DNA from: Alphaproteobacteria bacterium GWF2_58_20
Lineage (GTDB): Bacteria; Pseudomonadota; Alphaproteobacteria; UBA1247
Direction: 5' to 3'
Assembly (NCBI GenBank): GCA_001768735.1
Contig: MEMB01000004.1
Span: forward strand, 10,168 to 74,167
Length of the DNA stretch: 64,000 nucleotides
Part shown: positions 39,061-48,107 of the stretch, one piece after another
How positions within the stretch are numbered: the first letter of the stretch is position 1
How the letters are laid out: every line of letters starts with the position of its first letter
Position numbers and translations under genes: made by a program
The notes under the pieces: generated by a model
The model's input: the letters and a program-made list of their open reading frames with translations, nothing else
Databases searched by the model: none
What the model was told of the DNA's origin: nothing

Positions 39061-39693
39061 TTACAAAACCCCGTCTTCAATATAGGAAAGCAAGGGTTCC
39101 CAGTCCGCCCTGAAAACCTCTGTCCGCTTGTCCTTGAGGTCAAACAGGCCCAGCCCCACATTGGCAACCTCGGAATAGAGCTGGCTGTCACGCAAGCGGG
39201 TCAGGACATTGAGCCCCGCCCCATTCAGGAAAAGGTCCAGCCGCGCTGCCGCACGCGTGTTGGCACGCACGCGGTTTCCCACCAGCGCAAGGATCTTCCG
39301 GTTGCGGCGCACCGCCTTGATGTCTGAAAGTTTTTTGAGGAACTGCCGCGACCCGTCCTCATCAAACACGGAAGGCAGCACCGGGATGACAATGATGTCG
39401 GCCATGTCCACCAGTTCCTCAATCTGACCACGCCGCATGGCGGCCGGCGCATCCATGATGAGCCTGTCCACCCCACGGGGCACCTTGAGGGCCTCCCCGC
39501 GCGACCAGCTGCATGTGGCAATGGCCGCAAGATGGCTTGGCCGCCTGGCCGCCCACAACAGGCTGGAATGCTGTTTGTCCGCATCGGCCAACAGAACCTG
39601 TCGCCCGGCAGAAGCCATGGCGACCGCAAGATTCGTGGCCATGGTCGTCTTGCCACATCCGCCCTTGGTATTGCCAACCAGGATTGAAATCAT
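39061..39693 (-). CDS. Orphan ParA-family ATPase
   Basis: KGGCGKTT deviant Walker A, DADKQ, MDAP; no adjacent parB. Confidence 0.88.
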   Translation of the reverse strand: MISILVGNTKGGCGKTTMATNLAVAMASAGRQVLLADADKQHSSLLWAARRPSHLAAIATCSWSRGEALKVPRGVDRLIMDAPAAMRRGQIEELVDMADIIVIPVLPSVFDEDGSRQFLKKLSDIKAVRRNRKILALVGNRVRANTRAAARLDLFLNGAGLNVLTRLRDSQLYSEVANVGLGLFDLKDKRTEVFRADWEPLLSYIEDGVL

Positions 39694-39837
39694 CGTGCAT
39701 CCCCAGGAAATGAGATCATCACTTTCTTACTTACCCGACTGGGCCCCAAATGTCGATAACCCGCATCACTTGATTTTTGGCCAGCTTTCTGGCAGTCTCT
39801 ACAGCAGTATGTTTTCATGCTCGAAAGGGGCAATGCC

Positions 39838-40122
39838 ATGACAAAGTCGGAACTGATCCTGCGCCTTGCGCAACGCAACCCGGAACTCTATCAGCGCGAC
39901 GCCGAGAAAATCGTTGATGTCGTTTTCGAGGAAATCGCCCAGGCCCTCAGCCGCGGTGAACGCGTTGAACTGCGCGGATTTGGTGCCTTTTCCGTCAAGG
40001 ATCGCAAACCCCGCATTGGCCGGAATCCCCGTACGGGCACATCCGTTTCGGTCCCCGGCAAGCGCGTTCCGTTCTTCAAGACCGGAAAATTCCTGCGGGA
40101 TCGCCTGAACGGCAAAGTCTGA
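39838..40122 (+). CDS. ihfB: Integration host factor beta
   Basis: [32 protein letters not shown]. Confidence 0.95.
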   Translation: MTKSELILRLAQRNPELYQRDAEKIVDVVFEEIAQALSRGERVELRGFGAFSVKDRKPRIGRNPRTGTSVSVPGKRVPFFKTGKFLRDRLNGKV

Positions 40123-40152
40123 GTTTTTTCATCCGTCCAAGGAGTTCACGCC

Positions 40153-40464
40153 ATGCGCCTGTTATCCTGGCTCATCACGATCCCGCTGGCTGGCATCATG
40201 GTGGTATTCGCCATTGCGAACCGCCACCTTGTTGACATCTCCACCGGCCCCCTTGGGGATTCCATCCGCATGCCGCTGTTCATTCCCGTTCTGCTGGCGC
40301 TGCTCATCGGTTTTCTGCTGGGCAGCCTGTCCACCTGGCTTTCCTGCATGATTCGCACCAGCCTTCCCAAAAACAGGAACCGTTCCCGCACGGCACGCGA
40401 CCTTGCAGTCCTTCGTGATGACATCATCCGCGATGACCACAAGGCCAACGCTCCCAAGGAGTAA
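40153..40464 (+). CDS. lapA: LapA family membrane protein
   Basis: VVFAIANR motif, two TM segments, position after ihfB. Confidence 0.75.
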   Translation: MRLLSWLITIPLAGIMVVFAIANRHLVDISTGPLGDSIRMPLFIPVLLALLIGFLLGSLSTWLSCMIRTSLPKNRNRSRTARDLAVLRDDIIRDDHKANAPKE

Positions 40465-40470
40465 TTCCAC

Positions 40471-41484
40471 ATGAACTGGATCACCAACATTGTCCGCCCA
40501 AAAATTCGGGCGCTGGTTCCCGGACGCCAGCATGACCTGCCAGACAACATGTGGATCAAGTGTCCCAATTGCGGCGCCATGCTGTTTCACCGCGATCTTG
40601 AGCAGAACCACAAGGTCTGTCCGCATTGCAACCACCACATGCGCCTTGAGGTGGACAAACGTCTGGACCTGATTTTTGACAATGCTTCATGGCGCACCAT
40701 CGAATTGCCGAAGGTGCCGTCGGACCCGCTCAAGTTCCGTGACCAGAAGAAATACACCGAACGGCTCAAGGATTACCGCAGCAAGACGGGCCGCGAGGAT
40801 GCCATTGTTGTTGCTTATGGCGAAATTTCGGGCATTGAAGCCGTGGTGGCCGCCTTTGATTTCAACTTCATGGGAGGATCCATGGGGATTTCCGTGGGAG
40901 AAGGCATTGTTGCCGCCGCCCGCCTGGCCATCCTCCAGCAAAGCCCCCTGATCATCATTCCGGCCTCCGGAGGCGCCCGCATGCAGGAAGGCATGCTGTC
41001 CCTGATGCAGATGCCTCGCACCACCATTGCGGTCACCCAGGTCAAGGAAGCCGGCCTTCCCTTCATTGTCCTGCTCACCGACCCAACCACGGGCGGTGTC
41101 AGCGCATCCTTTGCCATGCTCGGCGATATCCATATTGCCGAACCCGGTACGCAAATCGGCTTTGCCGGGGCGCGCGTCATCCAGGAAACCATAAGGGAAA
41201 CCCTGCCCAGCGGATTCCAGCGTGCCGAATACCTCAAGGACCATGGCATGGTGGACATGGTGGTGGCCCGCAAGGACCTGCCGGAAACCTTGGGACGAAT
41301 CCTCTCCATCCTGCGCCAGCCCCTTGAAAAGGCCAAGGTCATCCGGCTTCCCCTGGGTGTCGCCAAACCTGCCTTGCGCAGCATTGGGGGCCGCAAGGCG
41401 GACAGCAGCGACAATGCCAAGGATTCCCGCAAGCGCACAATCAAGCGTGCCCGGAAGGATGACTCTGGTGACGAACCCATCTGA
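40471..41484 (+). CDS. accD: Acetyl-CoA carboxylase carboxyltransferase beta
   Basis: WIKCPNC..CPHC zinc finger, [33 protein letters not shown]. Confidence 0.97.
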   Translation: MNWITNIVRPKIRALVPGRQHDLPDNMWIKCPNCGAMLFHRDLEQNHKVCPHCNHHMRLEVDKRLDLIFDNASWRTIELPKVPSDPLKFRDQKKYTERLKDYRSKTGREDAIVVAYGEISGIEAVVAAFDFNFMGGSMGISVGEGIVAAARLAILQQSPLIIIPASGGARMQEGMLSLMQMPRTTIAVTQVKEAGLPFIVLLTDPTTGGVSASFAMLGDIHIAEPGTQIGFAGARVIQETIRETLPSGFQRAEYLKDHGMVDMVVARKDLPETLGRILSILRQPLEKAKVIRLPLGVAKPALRSIGGRKADSSDNAKDSRKRTIKRARKDDSGDEPI

Positions 41485-42178
41485 CGGGCCTCGCCGCATC
41501 ATCCTTGTCGATGATGACCGCAATATCCTCGCTTCGGTATCCATCGCCCTTGAAACCGAAGGATTCTCGGTGGAGTCCTTTACCGATGGCGAACAAGGCC
41601 TGCGCGCCATCCTTGCACATCCCCCCGGCCTGGTGGTGCTGGACATCAAAATGCCCCGCATGGATGGCATGGAAGTTCTCACCCGGCTGCGCCGGACCTC
41701 CCAGATCCCCGTCATTTTCCTGACGTCAAAGGATGATGAAAGCGACCAGATTGAAGGCCTGCGCATGGGGGCAGACGACTACATTACGAAACCCTTTTCC
41801 GTCAATTTGCTGATCCAGCGCATCCTGACCATCCTGAGACGACAGCAGATCCGCGGAAACCCTGTGGCAGACAGCAAAACCATCCAGCGCGGCCCCCTGA
41901 CCATGGACGCCAACCGGCAGACCTGTTCCTGGAAAGACAAGGACGTGGATCTTACCGTGACCGAATTCCTGCTGGTCTGGCTGCTGGCCGAATACCCCGG
42001 ACATGTCAAGACCCGCAACCAGATGATGGACGCGGCCTATGGCGAAAACCTCTATGTCGATGACCGCACCATCGACAGCCACATCAAACGCATCCGCAAG
42101 AAATTCCGCGATCTTGACCCGGATTTTTCCCACATAGAAACCCTTTACGGGGCAGGATACCGCTTTGTGGAACCCTGA
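41468..42178 (+). CDS. chvI: Response regulator ChvI
   Basis: [40 protein letters not shown]; GTG start (ATG 41459 is the alternative). Confidence 0.92.
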   Translation: MTNPSDGPRRIILVDDDRNILASVSIALETEGFSVESFTDGEQGLRAILAHPPGLVVLDIKMPRMDGMEVLTRLRRTSQIPVIFLTSKDDESDQIEGLRMGADDYITKPFSVNLLIQRILTILRRQQIRGNPVADSKTIQRGPLTMDANRQTCSWKDKDVDLTVTEFLLVWLLAEYPGHVKTRNQMMDAAYGENLYVDDRTIDSHIKRIRKKFRDLDPDFSHIETLYGAGYRFVEP

Positions 42179-43907
42179 CCGCATCCGCGCCTTTGCAGGA
42201 CGCATGCGCAACCGTTTCCTGCCAGCCTGTGGCCCTGAACAAAACAGCTCGATCAAACTGATCTGGCTGACCTTTTACTGCACGCCACGCCCGCGCGCCG
42301 ACATCTGGGGCGTATCCCGGCTGACCTTGCGCATTCTTGCGGTCAATGTCCTGTCGCTCGCCACCCTTGTTGGCGGTTCGCTCTACCTCGTGACCTACCA
42401 GGAAAAGCTGGTCGCCACGGAAATCAATGCCCTTCAGCGTGAAGCCAGCATCTTCGCAACGGCCCTTGGAGAAGGGGCCGTATTCCGCTCCCCTGCCGGA
42501 CACTATAGCGTATCGGGAAACCTGGCCCGCCAGATGGTCTCCCGTCTGGTGGACAAGACCAATATCCACACCCAGCTCCTTAATCCGCAAGCCCGGGTCA
42601 TCACTGAACAGAAGCAGGAACCGCCCCCCCCGGAACAGGATCCCCTGGACACCTCCATGTCCCGGAAAAAATTCTTCGGAACGCTTGACCGCATGGTTGC
42701 CTATTTTTCATCCCTGCTGGAAAACATCCTTTTCCAGCATCAGGACCTGCCCGGCATTTCCGACGCGCTCGCCTTCACACCCAACACCCCGGACACGGCA
42801 GCCGCCCTGTCCGGAAAATCCTCGTCCACCGCATGGCGCCTTGAAAATGGCCACATCGCCTTTTCCGCCGCCGTTCCCATCACCCGCAGCGGCGTCATCC
42901 TGGGCGTTGTCCACCTCTGGCGCGACAGTTCCCGCATTGATGAAACCATGCGGTCGGTCCGCTGGGACTTCCTGCGCGTTTTCCTTGGCGCCTTGTCCAT
43001 CACCATCCTGCTCTCGCTTTACCTGGCCAGCGCCATAGCACATCCCATCAGGCGTCTCGCCATCGCGGCCGAAAACATCCGGAAAGGCCATTCCGATGCC
43101 GGCGGCCTTCCGGATTTCTCCCGTCGCCATGATGAAATCGGCGACCTTTCCCTTGCCTTGCGGGCCATGACGGCAACTCTGGAATCCCGCCTGAACAGCA
43201 TGGAAAAATTTGCCGCCGATGTCTCCCACGAAATCAAGAACCCCCTGACATCCCTGCGCAGCGCGGTGGAAACCCTCGCCCGTGTCAAGACACCTGAACA
43301 GCAGCAGAAACTGCTGTCCATCATCAGCCATGACGTTCTGCGGATTGACCGCCTGATCACCGACATCTCCAAAGCATCACGGCTGGATGTTGAACTCTCG
43401 CGCACGGAGGCCGTGGCCATTGACATGCGCACCCTGCTGGGCAACCTGGCAGATGCCCATGCCACCACCGCAGCCGGCCAGGAGGCATCCCCCCACATCC
43501 AGCTGGACCTGCCGCCACAGGAAGTCCCCCTCATGGTTACCGGAAACCACGACCGGTTGATGCAGGTGCTGGAAAACATTCTGGCCAATGCCCTGTCCTT
43601 CACCCCCCCCAACAGCCAGATCCACATGGAAGCCCGGCACAAGGATGCCCATCTTCTGGAAATCCGCATCCGCGACGAAGGGCCCGGCATTCCACCCCAC
43701 AAGCTGGAAACCGTGTTTGAACGTTTTTATTCGGAACGCCCCTCAAATGAGGAATATGGCTATCATTCCGGCCTGGGACTGAGCATTTCCCAACAGATTG
43801 TCAAAGCCCATGGCGGGCAGCTCCTGGCAGACAATCATATCGACAATCAGGGCAACATCCGGGGAGCTGTATTCACCCTTTTGCTGCCTCTGCGCAACAG
43901 CGCCTGA
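42165..43907 (+). CDS. chvG: Sensor histidine kinase ChvG
   Basis: [49 protein letters not shown]; start uncertain. Confidence 0.92.
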   Translation: MWNPDRIRAFAGRMRNRFLPACGPEQNSSIKLIWLTFYCTPRPRADIWGVSRLTLRILAVNVLSLATLVGGSLYLVTYQEKLVATEINALQREASIFATALGEGAVFRSPAGHYSVSGNLARQMVSRLVDKTNIHTQLLNPQARVITEQKQEPPPPEQDPLDTSMSRKKFFGTLDRMVAYFSSLLENILFQHQDLPGISDALAFTPNTPDTAAALSGKSSSTAWRLENGHIAFSAAVPITRSGVILGVVHLWRDSSRIDETMRSVRWDFLRVFLGALSITILLSLYLASAIAHPIRRLAIAAENIRKGHSDAGGLPDFSRRHDEIGDLSLALRAMTATLESRLNSMEKFAADVSHEIKNPLTSLRSAVETLARVKTPEQQQKLLSIISHDVLRIDRLITDISKASRLDVELSRTEAVAIDMRTLLGNLADAHATTAAGQEASPHIQLDLPPQEVPLMVTGNHDRLMQVLENILANALSFTPPNSQIHMEARHKDAHLLEIRIRDEGPGIPPHKLETVFERFYSERPSNEEYGYHSGLGLSISQQIVKAHGGQLLADNHIDNQGNIRGAVFTLLLPLRNSA

Positions 43908-43938
43908 CCCCTGTCTCTCCCAAGACGGAAGCCTTCCG

Positions 43939-44622
43939 CTACATCCGGCCTTCCTGGCGTGTCGGCCCAAAATACAGCTTGCATAGCCTGGAAGGATCGA
44001 GGCCCTGGTAATCCGGCGCGCCATTATTCCAGTGGGTGCCATAACATCCGGTTCCCTGCTGTACGGTCTGGACATACCCGAACTGGCTGCGGCCATCGTC
44101 AATCTTGCGGTCAATCAGCGCAATGACGCGAATGGGCAGGATATCCCCTCCCGCCTGCTGGCCGATGCTGCCGGAATCCACATTGTTGATGCCGGGGCCA
44201 TGAATGCGAAACCAGAACCCGTAAGGGTTGAGGTTGATGGCGTCAATGATCGCGCCCCGGAAATGCCCGGAAGGAAAGGGCACTCCGGACTGGCCATCAT
44301 GGTTGGCGGTACAGGCGGGACAGGGAGATATCCCGGAAACACGCCCCGTGGAGGCCAGATCGTTCCAGACATGCACAACTTCCGCATTGCCGGAAATCTC
44401 GGAATCTCCATTGTCATCCCCCGGCAAACGACGGTGTTCAGACTTGAAAACTTCCCAGCCGCCCTGAATTTCGGAAATGGAAATGAAAATCCGGTTGACC
44501 CTTGCGGATTCAACAAGATCCAGTCCCTTCAGGATACCGCCAACCAAAATCCCTATGACAATAAGGACGATTGCCAGCTCAACCAGGGAGAAACCCGCCT
44601 TTGCATGTCCGGTTCCGTTCAT
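43939..44622 (-). CDS. Prepilin-type N-terminal cleavage/methylation domain protein
   Basis: KAG/FSLVELAIVLIVIGILVGGILKG class III signal; LPGD and IDRKIDDG motifs. Confidence 0.88.
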   Translation of the reverse strand: MNGTGHAKAGFSLVELAIVLIVIGILVGGILKGLDLVESARVNRIFISISEIQGGWEVFKSEHRRLPGDDNGDSEISGNAEVVHVWNDLASTGRVSGISPCPACTANHDGQSGVPFPSGHFRGAIIDAINLNPYGFWFRIHGPGINNVDSGSIGQQAGGDILPIRVIALIDRKIDDGRSQFGYVQTVQQGTGCYGTHWNNGAPDYQGLDPSRLCKLYFGPTRQEGRM

Positions 44623-44727
44623 GAGAAAAACTCATGGGGTCCGATCTTTTGATTGTCAACCCAAAAGTGGCGGCTTTCCGCTTTTTTTGCGATTGACAGG
44701 AAGCGCGGGGAGCCGCAACATATCCTC

Positions 44728-45162
44728 ATGCTCATCCTCCACGGAACATGCATTGACATTGATGGCGCGGCCGTCCTCCTGCGGGGGGAATCCGGCAGCG
44801 GAAAATCCGACCTTGCCTTGCGCCTGATTGAGGATGGCGCCCGGCTCATCGCCGATGACCAGACCTGTTTCATCCGACAGGATACCCAATTGCTTGCTTC
44901 CCCGCCCGACTCCATCCAGGGCCTTCTGGAAGTCCGGGGCGTGGGCATCGTCCGCGTTCCCTTTTCCCGGAAGGTTCCCCTGCGGCTTGTGGTGGATCTC
45001 CTGCCGGACGCCGGCATTGAACGCATGCCGGAGAAAACCGCAGTCATCCTGATGGACCTCCATTTTCCCAGCGTTTCCCTCCCGGCCTTCCATGCCGCCA
45101 GCGCCGCCAAGGTGCGCATGGCCCTGGCCTGCAGCCTCCATCCGGACATGGTTTCCTCATGA
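44728..45162 (+). CDS. hprK: HPr kinase/phosphorylase (short alphaproteobacterial form)
   Basis: LHGTC, GESGSGKSDLALRLI, IADDQ, LEVRGVGI. Confidence 0.9.
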   Translation: MLILHGTCIDIDGAAVLLRGESGSGKSDLALRLIEDGARLIADDQTCFIRQDTQLLASPPDSIQGLLEVRGVGIVRVPFSRKVPLRLVVDLLPDAGIERMPEKTAVILMDLHFPSVSLPAFHAASAAKVRMALACSLHPDMVSS

Positions 45163-46088
45163 CCCCTCCTGCCGACCTTTTCCCCGAAAGTCCTTCAGGT
45201 CTGGCCTCGCGGCATCCCAAACTGCCGCCGCGCCGTGTCATCCTCGTGACGGGCATGTCCGGCGCCGGATTGTCCACCACCATCAAGGCCCTTGAAGACC
45301 TGGGATATGAAACGGTGGACAACCCCCCTCTTTTCCTCATCAGCGGGCTGCTGGAACAAGGCGACATGCTGGGCCGACCTCTGGCCATTGGTCTGGATTC
45401 CCGTACCCGCGGCTTTTCCGCCGAAGCTTTCCTGGGGCAGATGCGGGAGCTGGCGGCCCGCCCCGGCCTGCAGGTCCAGACTGTTTTCATTGAATGCGGC
45501 GACGACATCCTGCTGCGAAGATACACGGAAACCCGGCGCAAGCATCCCTTGGCCCTTGACCGCCCGGTAATTGACGGCATCCTGCGTGAACGCCGCCTGC
45601 TGTCAGGCCTGCGCGATGAGGCTTCCCTCGTCATTGACACCTCGGACATGACCCTGCATGACCTGCGGCGTCTGGTAGGGGGACATTTCCATGTAGATAT
45701 CAAGCCAAAACTGAGCCTGTTTGTCATGTCTTTTGGTTTCCCGCATGGCGTTCCCCGCGAGGCCGACATTGTTCTGGACGCCCGTTTCCTGCGCAATCCC
45801 CATTATGATCCGATCCTGCGCCCCCTCACCGGCAAGGATGCCGCCGTGGGGGAATATGTGGCGCGCGACCCGGATTACCCGGCGTTCATCAACAATATCA
45901 CTCAACTCATTGATCCCCTGTTGCCTCGTTTCCAGCAAGAGGGTAAAAGCTACCTGACCATTGCCATTGGCTGCACGGGAGGACGGCACCGTTCCGTCTT
46001 CATTGCCGAAACGCTGGCGGAATGGATCAGGGACAAGGGATATCCCGTAGGCACCAACCATCGGGAACTGTCACGGCAGAAAGGATAA
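45159..46088 (+). CDS. rapZ: RNase adapter RapZ (P-loop protein)
   Basis: VTGMSGAG, EDLGY..VDN, ETRRKHPL, DARFLRNP, GCTGGRHRSV. Confidence 0.93.
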   Translation: MTPPADLFPESPSGLASRHPKLPPRRVILVTGMSGAGLSTTIKALEDLGYETVDNPPLFLISGLLEQGDMLGRPLAIGLDSRTRGFSAEAFLGQMRELAARPGLQVQTVFIECGDDILLRRYTETRRKHPLALDRPVIDGILRERRLLSGLRDEASLVIDTSDMTLHDLRRLVGGHFHVDIKPKLSLFVMSFGFPHGVPREADIVLDARFLRNPHYDPILRPLTGKDAAVGEYVARDPDYPAFINNITQLIDPLLPRFQQEGKSYLTIAIGCTGGRHRSVFIAETLAEWIRDKGYPVGTNHRELSRQKG

Positions 46089-46091
46089 GCT

Positions 46092-46493
46092 ATGATTGGT
46101 TTAGTTCTTGTCACCCATGGACAATTGGGACGCGAATTCATCGCGGCCCTCGAACATGTTGTCGGCCCGCAGGAACAGGTGCAGGCTGTCTGCATCGGCG
46201 CTGACGACGACATGGAAACCCGCAGGGCGGAAATCATCCAGGCGGTGGCGAATGTCAACAGTGGGAACGGCGTTGTCGTTCTAACCGACATGTTTGGCGG
46301 CACCCCGTCCAACCTTGCCATCTCCGTCATGAACCCGCCGGACATCGAAGTCATCGCAGGGGTCAACCTGCCGCTGCTCGTCAAGCTAGCCAGCCTCCGG
46401 AATGAACCCATGGCCAAGGCTGTTGCCACCAGCCGCGACGCCGGGCGCAAATACATCAATGTTGCCTCGGCCCTTCTGGCGGAGGGCGGCTGA
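46092..46493 (+). CDS. PTS EIIA component (mannose/fructose family)
   Basis: MIGLVLVTHG, TDMFGGTPSNLA, GVNLP. Confidence 0.93.
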   Translation: MIGLVLVTHGQLGREFIAALEHVVGPQEQVQAVCIGADDDMETRRAEIIQAVANVNSGNGVVVLTDMFGGTPSNLAISVMNPPDIEVIAGVNLPLLVKLASLRNEPMAKAVATSRDAGRKYINVASALLAEGG

Positions 46494-46774
46494 TGGAAAA
46501 TCCAACCCGCCACAAGGCTGTTGTCACCATTGCCAACACCCGCGGCATGCACGCCCGGGCAGCCGCGCGATTTGTCAAGATTGCCCAGGGGTTTTCTGCG
46601 AACATCGAAGTGGAACGCAACGACATCAGTGTCAGCGGACGTTCCATCATGGGCCTCATGATGCTGGCCGCCGGACAAGGGACACGCATTACCATCCGCG
46701 CCAATGGCCAAGACGCCCCGCAGGCCATCGAACATCTTGTAAACCTCGTGGAACGCCGCTTCGACGAGGCATGA
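46493..46774 (+). CDS. ptsH: Phosphocarrier protein HPr/NPr
   Basis: [17 protein letters not shown]. Confidence 0.9.
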   Translation: MENPTRHKAVVTIANTRGMHARAAARFVKIAQGFSANIEVERNDISVSGRSIMGLMMLAAGQGTRITIRANGQDAPQAIEHLVNLVERRFDEA

Positions 46775-46799
46775 TCTCCGCATGAAGAAGGGAGCTGCC

Positions 46800-48086
46800 A
46801 TGGCAGATTTCAAGGTCAAGGATATGGAACTTGCCGCCTGGGGCCGCAAGGAAATCACCATTGCCGAAAGTGAAATGCCAGGCCTCATGGCCCTGCGCGC
46901 CGAATATGCCGGACAGAACCCGCTGGCAGGCGCCCGGATTGCCGGTTCCCTGCACATGACCACCCCCACCGCCGTGCTGATTGAAACCCTGCGCAGCCTT
47001 GGCGCCGATGTCCGATGGGCGTCCTGCAACATCTTCTCCACCCAGGATCAGGCCGCCGCTGCCATTGCCGCAACCGGTGTCCCGGTTTTTGCCTGGAAAG
47101 GCATGTCGGATGAAAACTTCTGGTGGTGTCTTGAGCAAACCATCATCGGTCCGGATGGATGGCGCCCCAACATGATTCTCGATGATGGCGGCGACCTCAC
47201 CAACGTCCTGCATGACAAATTCCCGGAGCTGCTGGAAGGCGTGCGCGGCATTTCCGAGGAAACCACAACGGGCGTCCATCGCCTTTATGACCGCGCCCGT
47301 ACCGGAACCCTCAAGGTCCCCGCCTTCAATGTGAACGACAGTGTCACAAAATCCAAGTTTGACAACCTTTACGGCTGCCGGGAAAGCCTGGTGGACGGTA
47401 TCAAGCGCGCCACCGGCGTCATGCTGGCAGGCAAGGTTGCCGTCGTGTGCGGCTATGGCGATGTCGGCAAGGGGTCGGCGGCCAGCCTACGCGGACAGGG
47501 CGCACGCGTTCTCATCACCGAAATCGATCCCATCTGTGCCCTTCAGGCCGCCATGGAAGGTTATGAGGTCGTTCGCATGGCCGAGGCTGCACCGCTGGGA
47601 GACATTTTTGTCACCGCCACCGGCAACGTCTCCGTCATTACCCGTACCCACATGGAACGGATGAAAGACCGCGCCATTGTCTGCAACATTGGTCATTTTG
47701 ACAGCGAAATCGACATCGCAGCCCTGTCAGACCTGGCCTGGACGGAAATCAAGCCGCAAGTGGATGAAGTGACCTTCCCGGATGGCCACCACCTCATCAT
47801 CCTTGCCAAGGGGCGTCTTGTGAACCTGGGCTGCGCCATCGGCCATCCCTCCTTCGTCATGAGCGCATCCTTCACCAACCAGGTGCTGGCCCAGATCGAG
47901 CTCTGGCAAAATCCTGGCAAATACGCGCCCGGCGTACATATTCTGCCGAAACAGCTTGACGAAAAAGTGGCCCGCCTGCATCTGGGCCGCCTTGGCGTGA
48001 AACTGGAAACCCTGACGCCACAACAAACAGAGTACCTGGGCCTTCCTGCAGAAGGGCCCTTCAAACCCGACCATTACCGCTACTGA
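46800..48086 (+). CDS. ahcY: Adenosylhomocysteinase
   Basis: [54 protein letters not shown]. Confidence 0.98.
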   Translation: MADFKVKDMELAAWGRKEITIAESEMPGLMALRAEYAGQNPLAGARIAGSLHMTTPTAVLIETLRSLGADVRWASCNIFSTQDQAAAAIAATGVPVFAWKGMSDENFWWCLEQTIIGPDGWRPNMILDDGGDLTNVLHDKFPELLEGVRGISEETTTGVHRLYDRARTGTLKVPAFNVNDSVTKSKFDNLYGCRESLVDGIKRATGVMLAGKVAVVCGYGDVGKGSAASLRGQGARVLITEIDPICALQAAMEGYEVVRMAEAAPLGDIFVTATGNVSVITRTHMERMKDRAIVCNIGHFDSEIDIAALSDLAWTEIKPQVDEVTFPDGHHLIILAKGRLVNLGCAIGHPSFVMSASFTNQVLAQIELWQNPGKYAPGVHILPKQLDEKVARLHLGRLGVKLETLTPQQTEYLGLPAEGPFKPDHYRY

Positions 48087-48107
48087 CCGGAAGGACTGAT
48101 CCACCGC

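Noticed and set aside
39061-39693. Orphan ParA as a sign of a plasmid or integrated element
   Set aside because: No parB, rep or integrase nearby; short orphan ParA genes are common on alphaproteobacterial chromosomes
44728-48086. hprK-rapZ-EIIA-HPr-ahcY cluster without a permease
   Set aside because: Well-known regulatory PTS locus of alphaproteobacteria
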